Shown in pieces: positions 13,858 to 27,620 of a stretch of DNA of 64,000 nucleotides (within the stretch, counting starts at the first letter, position 1; each line of letters begins with the position of its first letter). Origin of the DNA: the human T2T-CHM13v2.0 reference genome, Homo sapiens. Under the pieces are notes generated by a model. That model searched no databases and was not told the origin of the DNA. It was given only the letters and a program-made list of their open reading frames with translations. Both the position numbers and the translations under genes were made by a program. The DNA lies in assembly GCF_009914755.1 (NCBI RefSeq), contig NC_060925.1; one strand, written 5' to 3'.

Positions 13858-14440
13858 ATCTTAGTCTGCTCAGCTGCCATGACAAAATACAAGGTCAATA
13901 TCCCTTATCCAAAATGCCTGGGACCAGAAGTGCTTTTGATTTCTTTGGACTTTGGGAGATTTGCATTATACTGACCAGTTGAGCATCCCTAGCCTGAGAA
14001 TCCAAAAATCCAAAGTCTGAAATGCTCCAACTGAACATCACGTTGGCACTCAAAAGTTTTGGATTTTGGAGCATTTCAGATTCCAGGTTTTCAGATTAGG
14101 GATACTCAACCTGTACCATAGAGTGGGTGCCAAAACAACAGAAATTTATTTCTCCTGGTTCTGGAAGCTGCAAGTCCGGGATCAAGATGCCAGCATGATT
14201 GGTTTCCGGTGAGAGGTCTCTTCCCAGCTTGTGGACAGCTACCTTCCCACTGTGTCCTCACATGGCAGGAAATGAGAAAGCAAGCTCTCTCATGTCTCTT
14301 CTTGTAAGGTGCTACTCCCATCCTGAGGCCCCCACCCTCATGGTCTCACCTAATCCTAATTACTTCCCAAAGGCCCCATCTCCAAATGCCATCATATTGG
14401 TGGTTAGGGTTTCATCATATGAACTGAGGGAGATATACAA
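13858..14440 (-). mobile_element. MaLR solo LTR (MLT1A/MST-like), interrupted by Tigger4a
   Basis: TCTTAGTC..GCTGCCATGACAAAATA / CCATAGA..AAACAACAGAAATTTATTTCTC..GTTCTGGAAGCTG..GATCAAGATGCCAGCA, typical MaLR LTR motifs. Confidence 0.8.
13890..14113 (+). mobile_element. Tigger4a/MER46-type non-autonomous DNA transposon
   Basis: Terminal inverted repeats CAAGGTCAATATCCCTTATCC / GATTAGGGATACTCAACCTG, flanked by a TA duplication (13888-13889, 14114-14115). Confidence 0.85.
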
Positions 14441-14957
14441 CCCTAAAACACAGAGAGGTTGAGTGATCAGCAAAAGGTCACAGAGCCAGAAGAAGGGCTG
14501 GTACTCAAATCCAGGCTTCCCTGACCCAAAGCCAGGACTCTGAGCTGGGATGACTCTATCAGGGGATGGCAGAGGCCACTACACGCTCAGCCAGGGTCTC
14601 AGCCCACTGTACCATGCTACCTCAAATGGGAACATCTACAGTGCGCAAGGCCCTCGGCCTGGAGGAACCAGCAGACGATGGAGTAGTCAGATGCTCCTGC
14701 TCTGGATGCGCCCCCCAGGCCACTGCCAGCCCTCACCTCCCCCTCATCACAGCCCTGTGCCACAGAGTCTCTCCTCCTCCTTTTCTCCCTGTTTTCAGGT
14801 AAGGAAACCAAGACCTAGAGGAAGGGGCAGGAATGGGAGGGTACGCGGCTCCGTGGCTCCAAAGCTCTGGGTTTCTTCCTGTGACAGCATCTGTGAAGTG
14901 CATACATCTCGGCCCAAGACAGGCTGTCAGGAAGGAAGGATGGAGGGTAACATGAAC

Positions 14958-15013
14958 AAATGCATGGCCTCTGCTCGTGTAAATGCATGGCCTCTGCTCG
15001 TGTAAATGCATGG
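14958..15013. repeat. 23-bp perfect tandem duplication (2.4 copies)
   Basis: AAATGCATGGCCTCTGCTCGTGT at 14958 and 14981, partial copy at 15004. Confidence 0.92.
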
Positions 15014-15084
15014 AGCATGCGTGAGGGTGGGTCCCAGAAGGGGTGGAGGGGTCAGATCCTGCAGGAGTTTGGTTTTTTGCTCTT

Positions 15085-15822
15085 CTTTTTAAATTTGAGA
15101 TACAATTCACATATCACAAGATTCACCCTTTTAAAGTGCACTATTTAGTGGTTCTTACCGTATTCAGAGAGGTGTGCACCCATCACCACTATCTAATTCC
15201 ACAACATTTTCATCACCCAAAAAGAAACCTGTACCCATTAGCATTCACTCCCTATTTCCCCTCCTCCCAGCCCCTGGCAACACTAATCTATTTTCTGTCT
15301 CCATAGATTTACCTGTCCAGGACATTTCATGTAAATGGATTCACATAACATACGACCTTTGTGTCTGGCTTCTTCCACACAGCATAACGTTTCTAAGGCT
15401 CATCCGTGTTGTAAGATGTCAGTACTTCATTACTTTTTATGGCTGAATAATATTCCATTGCACAGATATACCACATTTTGTTTATCCATTCATCAGCTGA
15501 TAGATATTTAGGGTTGTTCCCACTTTTTGGCTATGATGAATAATACTGCTATTAACATTTTGGTACAAATTTCATGTGGGCCCATGCTTTCAGTCCTCTT
15601 AGGTGTAAACCTAGGAGTGTAGCTGGGGGGTCAAATGGTAACTATGTCAAATGGTAACCTTTCGAGGAACTACCAGACTATTTTCCCCAGCAAAAGCACT
15701 ATTTACAGTCCCACCAGCAGGGAATAAGGATTCCAATTGTTCTACACCCTTGCCAACTCTTGTTACTGTCTTTTTGGTGACAGCCATTTTAGTGGGTGTG
15801 AAGTACCATCTCATTGTGGGTT
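15085..15822 (-). mobile_element. L1M (L1MB-like) 3' end
   Basis: TTGAGATACAATTCACATA..., GGCTGAATAATATTCCATTG, CCCACCAGCAG, CAGCCATTTTAGTGGGTGTGAAGT: antisense L1 3'UTR/ORF2-end motifs. Confidence 0.85.
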
Positions 15823-16186
15823 AGGCAGGGTTCTGAACTCCCGACTCAGGGAAAGTCTTCTTCCCCCAAGAAGAGGAAATTTGGGATTCAGAGCCTCCCA
15901 GAGCTCCCAGCTGTCCAACGCCCTCCTCCGCTGTCAAAAGGAACACTTACTGAGAGTGCTCATGGCGTGCCAGGTACTGTCCTAAGCCCTATTGTGGCCC
16001 CATTTTACAGGTGCAGAAATTGAGGCATAGGAAGAAATGATTGCCCAAGTTGGTAAGTGGTAGAGTCAGGATTCAAATCTAAGCTAGAGTCTGGCTGCAG
16101 GGCCCTGGCTCTTAACCACCAGGACCCTCTGCCTCCTACGTAGAGACACTGCTGCAAATGCACTTTGTTTGAAAATGAAAGAACTG

Positions 16187-16498
<312 letters not shown>

Positions 16499-17829
16499 GA
16501 AAGTCCAGCTTCCTCCACAGTCAGCCCAGGCACAGAGCTGGCATTTAACAAATGTTCATGGAAGGCAGGCAGGCTTCCCGTGTCCCCCCTCCTGCATTTG
16601 CCCATGTAGGTGACTTTGATGGCAAATCCCTTTCTACTCCCCACCATCACAGCAGCAGGGTGCTGTGGGGTCAGAAGGGGCTATGGCTGGAACTCCAAGG
16701 TCACTGCTCCTCCCCTCACCAGGCTGCCTCTCCAGGAGGATGCCAAGGCTTTCTCCTCACCTGTAAAATGGGGATAAGAATAGAACCTACTCACAGGGCA
16801 GTGGTGAAGAGCAGGTGAGCTGGCACACAGAAAGTGCTCAGAACAGTGGAAGACGCAGGGCAAGCATGCAGTACACATTAGCACACATGAGCATGAAGAA
16901 GCCTCCCCCGGCATCTGCCCCCGGGTTCCAGGTAGGGAAGCTGTGGCCTCCTGGGAGAGGGTGGCAGGGGTTTCCAGATAGGGCAGGAACAGGAGAGAGA
17001 GACGGCTGACCCAGAGCCACCTGGCCACAGGCCAGAGTTTCCCTATCACTGCTCTGGGCAGGTCACACTCATAGCAATGACCTCAGATAGCAGGATGTGA
17101 GGGGAGGGGGCTGCTCTCCAGGGCAGGGGTTACGGCCACTTGACAGTCTGCCCTGAAATTCAACCCAGCCCAATTAATGAGGAACGACTGTGTCGACAAG
17201 GTCTGCCTTGGGACCTCAGCCACAGAAGACTCTGGCCACATTCTCTGCATGGCCATAAAACAAAGAGCCTACCCTGACCAGTCTGCTAACACCCACCCAT
17301 AGGCCTCAGGATCTTGTCTGCAGAAACGTGGCCTGCCCACAGGGCTGTGGGAGCATGGCACTGAAGGCCACCGTGGCCTGTCCTCATGAGGGGGTTCTCC
17401 TGTCCCCCAAAAGGCCTCTGCTGAGCACCGTGGCATCAAGGCTCTCATCTGCTCAACAGATCTTCTCTGGCTTCAAAGTCGGCCAGACCCAGGCTCCCCA
17501 ATCTCTGCTCTGCCACTCGCCAGCATGGGCAAGTGGCTTCAGCTCCTTGAGCCTCTGCTACATTAAATGTAAAAACTTACCCCATCCTTCCCTGGCAGGG
17601 CTCTGGTGGAAGCCGACGTTTACTGCATGTTTGGTCTGTGTTTGGCACTGTTCTATGCATTTTCTATGTGTTAACCCCACTTTATTTTCACCACCACTCT
17701 ACAAAGTAGGTACTATTATTATCTCTATTTCACAGATAAGAAAACAGAGACAGAGAGGTATAAAGGAGACTCATACATGGGGCACCTGGTACAGGCCCTG
17801 GCACCTAGAGCTGCTCAAAAGCATGAGTC

Positions 17830-18138
17830 AGGCCAGGTGCAGTGGCTCATGCCTGTAATCCCAACATTTTAAGAGGCCAAGGCAGGAGGATCGTTTGAGG
17901 CCAGGAGTTTGAAACCAGCCTGGGCAATATAGCAAGACCCCATCTCTAAAAAAAATAAATAAAAATTACCCAGGCATGGTGATGTACAACTATAGTCCTA
18001 ACTACTCAGGAGACTGAGGCAGGAGGATTGTTTGAACCCAGGATTTCAAGGCTACAGTGAGCTATGATCACACCACTGCACTCCAGCCAGGATGACAGAG
18101 TGAGACCCTGTCTCTAAAAAAAAAAAAAAAAAAAAAAG
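17830..18138 (+). mobile_element. AluJ, full length
   Basis: Dimeric Alu with J-type GCTACAGTGAGCTATGAT and poly-A. Confidence 0.9.
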
Positions 18139-21100
18139 CATGAGTCCTTACTTTTCCAAATAGATCAAGGCAATAGGACAGCCCTTGACCTAAAGAGACC
18201 ACAGAGCAAACTAGTCTCCAAGCAGCCCTCGACACAAACCTCCTAACCCAAGGCATTCAGAGCCCAGAGGAAGGTGCTCAGAATACTGCCTGCCTGGGCC
18301 GGGAAGGCTTTCCAGCCCCTCACTGGTAAAATTGGTGCTGAATGGGCCCATCACTACACAGACCTTCAGTAGCCTCACAACTCAGTGACCATGTCCAGCA
18401 AGACACAGGGCAGGGGGAAGCACTCCTGATCCCTCCACAACCAAAACCGCACACATTTAAGCCTCTTAGATTTTCCTATTTTAATCAAGCCTAGCCCAGA
18501 GCAACATTCTTCAATAAGAGGGATTTGTTTAGCTTGTTCTGAGAATCAGTGTTGCCTACTAAACAAACAACCCTTCTCCCTCAGTGGCACTTGTGCATTT
18601 AAGATGATATGTGGCCTTTGAAAAGTCTTCTCTCCCACTTGGAAGAAATGTTTGCCCACAGCCAATGCTGCAGAAATTGGGGTGCTCTCCCAGGACCACC
18701 GTGTCAAACAGCACCTTGCCGAATGGCACTTTCCACCAGTTCCCACCTGCTCACTCTCAGCCTACTTTCCACCCCTTAAACCAATTTATGGCAGGAATAA
18801 GGCAGGCATTAGCAATCCTGTCTTACAGATGAAGAAATCAGGGCAAAGAGAGGGGAAGTAACTTACCCAAGGACACACAGAATTAGCGGCAGGGCCATTC
18901 GCCTGCTTGTTGAGCCAGTCCCTGCCCTCAGGGGGTCTTTTAATTCAGTGGACTCCCCACCTTGCACCACACACAGCCCTGCCACCCTGGGCCTGGGTGA
19001 GCAGATGAACAGTGGTGAGGAAGTGGGAGGGAGGGGAAAGGAAGGGAGAGAAGGGGTGGGGAGGGGAGTTCATTTAGGACAGAGGGAGCTTGAGGAGCGT
19101 AGTGCTGTGTGAGCCCATCGCTTTCCATCTCAGGGAGCCCAGGGTCTCTCCAAGGGAAGCCGGAGGACAGCCTGGCCATCAGCGGGGCAGACCTCAGTTT
19201 AGCCCCTGGCTCTGTGGGCTCTAGCAGCCCCCAAACCTGGGGCAAGTCACTTCCTCTCCAAGCACTGGCTCGTAGTGAGAGAGAGCAGAAGTTAAAGGAG
19301 ACAACTGCTCTCTGTAACCCTCCACATGAGGCATGATGGTTGTTAGCATCACTGAATTTACAGGGGTTGCAGCTTGCCAGCTGCTTTCACAGGCACCACC
19401 TCATGGGAGGCAGAAAAGAGAGTCTCCTCCCCATTTTGCAGATGAGTAAAGTGAGGCCAGGGGAGGAGACATGAAGAGGGAGCGCATGAATTCACACCTG
19501 CCCCCAACACGTACCTAACAGCATTGCGCCAAAGAGTGAAGGAGGCATTTTGCTTTTCAGGGCTTTTCCTAGGCCTCATGCTGCCTCCTGGGAAGATCTG
19601 GCACATTCTAACTCAGTGTCGGGGCCCAGTTCAGAACTTCCACAGCTACTATCGCATTTGACTCCCACAGCTACTATGTATCATACAATGACACTGAGCC
19701 CTGGGAGGAGAGAGCCACCTGCCCAGGGTACCTCCTGGCGAGCGGCAGATACAGCCAGAGGGTAACTTCAAGCTGGCTGACTCCAAAGGCAGCGTCCCCA
19801 TCCCCACAGATTCCTCCCTCACTCTGCATCTAAATAAAAACCAGGCAGTAAATCTCCAGGGAAATGGCAAGTGCTGATCAATACAGGATCTTAGAGAAAG
19901 TCAATGTTGCCAAAAGCAAACTTTTCCTCTTGGGGAGTTGGAGCGGGGAGGAATCTTTCCTTCTCTCTTCTCTGCAGCTTCTGCTCCTATAAAACAACTG
20001 GTAAGCTAGTTAGAGGTCCTACTGAGACATTTTAAATATGAAAAGAAAATCCAATCTTGCTCTCATTAGTTCTCAGGTCACCTGCCACCAGGTGTGCAGA
20101 AAAGAAAAAAAAGGTGAGTTTTCTGGCTGTGCTCAGTCCTGGGTCAGCAGCTGCCAACCCCAGACTCCTTCTGAGACAACAGGAGGCAGAAGAAGGGAGG
20201 AAAGGGAAGAAGGGAGGTGAGGGGAGCCTTCCATCCCAAGCTGTTTCCACTTTTTATATTTACCCAAATCCTTTAATTAGCCTCTGCGGAAAGACTCCCA
20301 ATTAGGCTAATCCTGCCACTGAGCTTTCCCATCAATGCTCCCGGGAAGTCCGAGGAAGGCCAAGGTAATATCCCAGGTCCTGGTGCAGCAGTCAGCCAGG
20401 CCAACCCTTGCTGACCATCTGCTGTCCCCACACCTCCCACCGAAGCAGCCTCGGGAAAGGCTCTGGAATCAGAAGGACTGGATTCTGCTGCCATCCTCTA
20501 TGTGCAGTGACCTTGAAAAGTGCCTCAGTTTATCTTTAACAATGACAATAATATTGGCTAATGTACTCTGGGGCACACCTAAGAGATCGATACTATTATT
20601 ATGCTAATTTTACAGGTGACCAAGGAAACAAGGCTTAGTGAGGTTAAGTAACTTGCCCAGTGTCAAAGACAGTGAATGACAGAGCGGGGACCTGGAAGCT
20701 TCCTACAAACTGCAGTCAACATTCTTAGCCCCATGCCATTCTGATTCCCCTTCAAGATGGTAACAGCCTCAGAGCTGTTAGGCTGACGGGCTGGTCTCTG
20801 TAGGAAAGCACTTACATGACAGAGTCTGGCACACAGTAGGTGCTCAAAAAAGATGCGTTCTTTTCCCTTCCTTCTTTCCTAGATGGTTGAGAGGAAGAGG
20901 GGCTCTTTCTGTCCTTCTTCAGACCTCTATGCAGCCTAGGTCCCTAGATGGGAAGTGGTGACAAACAGTCCTATCCCAGCAAAGGGACCGCCTGCCACCT
21001 TCAGCATTTTCTGCAACCAGCTGAGGGGGTGACTCCACCTTCAAGGCCCCACGAGGGACCACTTCCTTCTCTCTGAACCTGGCCTTTCAAAGGGGCTTTC

Positions 21101-21845
21101 ATTTATCGGCCTTTAATGTCTCACATGATTTAATCGGAAACACGTGCCTTGTAAATATTGTCTGTCATGTTCCATTAGGTTCACAGGGAAAAGTACAAGT
21201 CAATAAACAAAGGTTGTAGCATAAATCTACCTTGAACACATAATACCTCAAATAAGAAAATCAAAACACATGTGGCCTCTGACCCGCAGAGTTTCATGAG
21301 CAGGAACTCGGGGTATACTCAGGAACATTTCTAAATGTTCATAATTAATAGGGAAGCTGGGGCTGGTCCGTTTGCATAGTGCACGAAAAGCCCTTCAACA
21401 AAAGAATCTGCCTCACCAGCACCTGTCAAATCACAAAGTGCTCCTGGCTGGACCAAAACCTAGATTTCTCCTATGCAGAAAGACTCCTAGAGCCCCAGAA
21501 GCTTCTTTTTTAAAAGTAAGGACATTCCCCCCGACCCATTTTCCTCATATGGGGGATGCAGGAAAGGATAATAGGATAAAAGCCCTCCCTCATCCCTTCC
21601 AGTCCCCTTCCTTCCCTGGCACCTTCCCAGGCTGTTTTGAAGCCCTGAAATGGAGACAGGGGAAGAGGGGAGAAAGAAGATAAGGATGAGGTATGGGAAG
21701 TCACATAACCTAGAGCTCAAGTCCCGGCTGCCATTTAAGACCATGAAGCTGTTATCTGTGACTTGTCTGATCCTCGTCTAATAGGAAAGCAGTTAACAAC
21801 AACATGTTCTGTTGCAGGATTCTTGCTATTAAAGAAATCAAAACC

Positions 21846-22151
<306 letters not shown>

Positions 22152-22188
22152 TTATTGATTTTTTTTTCCCAAAAAGAAATGAAAGTGA

Positions 22189-22770
<582 letters not shown>

Positions 22771-23799
22771 GAAAGGAAAGCAAAGCTAAAGACAGCTTGA
22801 CAGAGTGTACTCAGTTTTCTCATAGGCCAAGTGGGGGTAGTACTTCTTCCCTGACAGGATTGTCACAAGGATTATTACTCAAAATAGTATTAATATATTC
22901 AAGAATGCCACCATGAAATATAATATTATTATGTCTCCCCTTTTAATTGAATTCATAGATCTCAGAGTCATGGTCCAGGAGATTTTGCAACTCATCTATT
23001 CCAACCCCTTCATTTGGTGGTTCTGGGACTGGGGCTGAGTGTGCACGGGACTGGTGTCGCCTAGCAAGTCAGCAGCCAGGCTAATTACCATTTCCTGGGC
23101 ATCAAGAAGGCAACTCAGGAACAAAAGGCACGCTGGCACAGGTTTCAGCAGGTCCCCCAGCTTACTTCCAGGCCCATCCCCAGGCTGACCTCTGGCTTCT
23201 CCTCCCCAGGAAGTTCTCCCTGGCTGCCCCTCTGACCACCTGCAGTCCTTATGGATAAAGTGCACTCCATCCGGAACACAGCACACACTGGCAGAGCTGG
23301 GGAGCGTTATCTTTGTGCATACCTGTCTCACCTCCAACAAGGCTGCAAGCTCCCTTGGGGAGCCTGCCCGTACCCAGCACACAAGGGGCACTTACCACAA
23401 TCATTATTCATTCATTTACTTGTTTACTGGCTCCTCCACTAGAATGTACACTCCATGAAGTGTGTACATTCATGGAGTACTAGTGTACTCCTCCACTAGT
23501 ACACTCCATGAAGTCAAAGATTATCTATCTTGTTCACCACAGTATTTGACTTTGGGTACAGAAGGGCTCAACAACTATTTATTGAGTATATGGATTTGTT
23601 GAATAAATGAGAGTAGGATCCCTGTCCTATGCTTCTGTGTTTACAGAACTCAGAGACGGAAGGGACTTTAAAATCAAGTCCAAGTCACTCGCTTGCCCCA
23701 GAATCTGATATAGTGCCTCGCACATATTGGGATCTTAAAAATATGCTTGTTAATTTAAATAGTATGAAGTAAATATAAATTTATATATTTACTGTATAA

Positions 23800-23910
23800 A
23801 TATACACATATATATACATATATACATATATATACATATACATATATATATACATATATACATATATATACATATACATATATATACATATATACATATA
23901 TATACATATA

Positions 23911-23945
<35 letters not shown>
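23800..23945. repeat. Compound microsatellite (TA/TACATA)n-(CA)n
   Basis: Direct inspection. Confidence 0.95.
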
Positions 23946-25821
23946 TTGTTGATGGTGTGAAGGTGAATGGGTTGATGGGTAAGTTGGTGATTCCTGGCAG
24001 TTAAATGGCTTCCTGGCTGGTTACATAGATGGGTGGGTGGGTTAGACAGCTGGGTTCATGAATGGGTAAATGGGCAAATGGACAAGGAGGTGTACAGATG
24101 GAAGGGAAAAACTCATTCATATTTACTCTCTGATCTGATTCATTTTTAAAGGAAAGTCAGGGTGTTGATGGGCCCTCCTTAATGTCAGCGACAGAAAGCC
24201 ACACCCACTTCCATGAACCCCCCAGAGGCAGTTCCCATTCATCTCTGCATAGTGTAGTGCAGAGCTAGAGCAGAGTACATGACAGGCATGGCACAGGTCT
24301 GCTGCTCAGTGACTGGGTGGGTGGATGAAGATATGGATGTTCACACAGACGGGCATGAAGACAGAGTGGACAGCTGAATGGGTGAAAGCCTTATTGTTGG
24401 GAGACTGGTGGAGGGACAGGTACAAAGGGACATGGGAGTCCCCACAGATGTACAGGATGGGAGGGGGACACTTGTACAGAACAGGTGGGGTAAAGTACAA
24501 GTCACCAGAGACCTTTGCCCACATCACAATTTCCCTGAGGATGCATGCTGCCCACACACTGATGGTCCACCAGCTACAAACCCCAGCTGGGACTGCCCAT
24601 TCAGCTTGGAAGAGGAGCCCCTTCTTTCTGAACCCCCAGAGAATCCAGGGTGCTGCCCTAGGCTCTCCCAAGCCCCCCAAACACCACCCGTCTCCATCTC
24701 TGGGGGGCTTTCCGAATCATTCCCCACCTGGAGGCATCCCCCTCTAGACTGTAAATGAAATATGCAGCCCATGGCCTTTCACATTTCACACCTAAGAGGT
24801 GGGCACGGCCGCAGGGCCATAGCGTGGAGCCCCTGGGGGCTGTGCAATACGGTGGCCCTGGTCAGACGTGTCACATCCTCTCGCATGCTTTATCTCATTC
24901 AGTCTTCATAACAAGCCTGCAAGGCAGGTGGTCTCAGACAGACGAAGAACTGCAGCTCAAAGAGGTGAAGGGACTTGCCCAAGGTCACGCAGTGAGAGGA
25001 CCAGTCTTGCTGACTCCAAATCACACACCCTGTTGCTTACAAATTCCTCCAAGGTTCTGTATCATTCTTCATGGGGACAATAACACCTACTTCACAGGGA
25101 GGATGAGAAATTTTCAACAAGAAGCACCTAGAATGGTCAGTCCTACCCCTCTGCCTGCTGGGGCTGGAGAACCCCTGGGATGCACTCTCCGAGCTCCTCC
25201 TGCAGGCTCCCTGGCCCCAGGTGGCTGCGAAGCTCCAACACAGGGCCTGTCACGCTCGTGCAAACGTGGTGCCTCCCACAGACCCCCAGCACATGTGGGA
25301 AGCCAGTGCCAGGCACCCTCCCACGCATGTGAATGTTCCTAAACAGAGTAATTAGAGTGGTGTTTAGGTAACTTTTACACAGGCCCCCTAATCAGAATCA
25401 CATGTGGGAAGGAGTCAGCGATGGTGGCCGAGCTGGAGGGGCTGACCAGCCCCTCCCCCAACAGAACTGCCACCCCTCTGCCTTCCTGAAGTTAAGTTTC
25501 TCTGACTACACCCACCCGTACCCCACACCCCAGGACTGAAACCACTCACACCCTATCACAGGCCAAAAGGAAAACACTGGTGGGTCCAAGGCTGAGCCAC
25601 CCACCAGTACCTCTATAGTCACAGCACGGCATACCCCAAGTCAGACACAGAACCGACCTTCGGACCCTCTACTTGAACTGCCCTGTAAACCCCAGAGATG
25701 AGGAAACTAAGGAAGTAACTTGCTCATCCAAGGCCACACCAAGCGCTTGGTGATCACCACACCTGTGTGATCTTCCCAGAGCCCAGGCCTAACCATGTCC
25801 TTGCCCTGCATGGAAGCCTCT

Positions 25822-25962
25822 ATCATTACACAGTGTACACATGTATCAGACCATCACAGTGGACCCCATCAGTATGTACAATCATCATGTGTCAATTAAA
25901 AACAAAAGAAAAAAAGAAGGTAAAACTTAAAAGGTAAATAAATAAATAAACAAATAAATAAA
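25822..25962 (+). mobile_element. Severely 5'-truncated L1MA-like 3' end with A-rich/(TAAA)n tail
   Basis: ATCATTACACAGTGTACACATGTATC...ATGTACAATCATCATGTGTCAATTAAAA; candidate TSD AAGCCTCT at 25814 and 25962. Confidence 0.7.
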
Positions 25963-26716
25963 AGCCTCTGTGCCTTCCTGCTGCCTCCAGGTTCAAGCTG
26001 ACCTGTGTCTGCTTCTCCTCCAGGTGGGGAGAGCACAGCAGGGAGCTCGGGCCCCGGGGTCCGCCAAGCTAAGTTCAGAGCACAGCTCTTTCTTTTATTA
26101 GTCCTTATGCAAGTGACTTCACCTCTCAGAGCCTTAGTCTCCTGTCAGTTAAACGGAGATCACAATAGGGAAAAGAACTGTTTCATTAGCCCAATGGAAA
26201 TCTCTTGGTTCAGTGTGTGGCATGTAGCATAACCTTCACAAGTAGCAGTCATTGTTATCAGTTAACACTTTCCCAAAAGAGCACTAGCTGTGGCATCACA
26301 GAGCCATGGGTTTGGAGTCTAGTCCCTCCTCTGATTTGCTGTGTGGCCTTAAGCAAGTCACCTGGGATCTCTGGGCTTTAGTTTCCCCATTCATCTAATG
26401 GGAAGGCAGGGCCTGATGATCCCTACAGGCCTTCGCTAGCATGGGAGCCTGCGGGTCTGTGAGTCTGAGTTCTGAGAAGGAGCAGGCAATGCCCCAGCTC
26501 TGTTCTCATCCTTAGGGAGTCATTCAAGGCCCAGCAGAATTTAAGTCCAATCTTCTTTTCTGGCCCATTCTGGCCACTTTCAGCCACTGTTTGATTTGAG
26601 TCCAGTTTTCATTCTGGCCCATCTCTGCTCTGGCAACACCAAATTCCTCCCCACTACCCAACATACCAGCTCTTTCCCTTCTACCAGGCCTTTGCACAGA
26701 CAGTCTTTGCCTAAAG

Positions 26717-26880
26717 CAGTGCTTCTCAGGCTTCGACATGCACAGGAATCACCCAGAGACCCTGTGAAAATCAGATTCTGATGCAGCAGGTCTGCACTGA
26801 GGCTGAGATTCTGCATTTCTAAGAAGCTCCCAGGCCATGCCAATGCTGCTGGTCCAGAAACCACACACTAAATAGCAAGG
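26717..26880. mobile_element. MER5A-family hAT MITE
   Basis: CAGTGCTTCTCA...GAATCACC...CAGATTCTGAT...GATTCTGCATTTCTAA.AAGCTCCCAGG...GCTGCTGGTCC. Confidence 0.8.
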
Positions 26881-27620
26881 GCCCAGAATGCCTTCCTCCC
26901 TGCTCACCATCTAGCAAAGGGCTTCCTCATCATTCAAAGCCTGGCTCCAGCAACCTGCTGCCAAGAAGCCTGAATCTGCAGGTGATTCATAAAGGCCCTG
27001 CAGGTCTCCTGTGTGTACAACTGGTAATACCTGTGCAGCTCTGGTCACAACAAACAGGCTCCAAGTCCATATCCTTATCAGGAGCCCTTTGAAGGCCGGG
27101 CCCAGCACAGGACTCGGCACAGAGGAGAGGTCAGCAAGCATCCCCTAACTGAATAAGGTCACAGGCAGTGGGGTGGGTCTGAGAACCACTCCATAAGGCT
27201 GGCAGAAGTGGCTTGCAGAGCCTGCCCTCCTCCCGAGTGCCCCAGGACCTGACCATGTGAGGCTTTGTCTGGTCCTACCCAGGCTCTGATTTCTAGGCAG
27301 TTCAGGTGCAGGGAAGAGCCATCATCGGCGGTGGGCTACAACACGGACTCTCCTTTAACACAACGGCAAACACGGCACTGCCAGAAATAGCAGGTAAAAG
27401 GAGCCCAAATGTGAATACGGACCCAGGAAGGCAGAAACCAAGAGGAAGAAAAAACACAGGTAAAAAGTGAGGCAGAGAGAAACCAAGGTAAGATGCAGAG
27501 GGAAAAAAGAGAAAGTCAGAAATAGAGACAGTATCAAGAGAAATACCAAAAAGGAAGGAACAGAGACGTTGTAGAAAGAAGAGGTGACAAAGTATAAACG
27601 GAGACAGAGACATGCCACGA

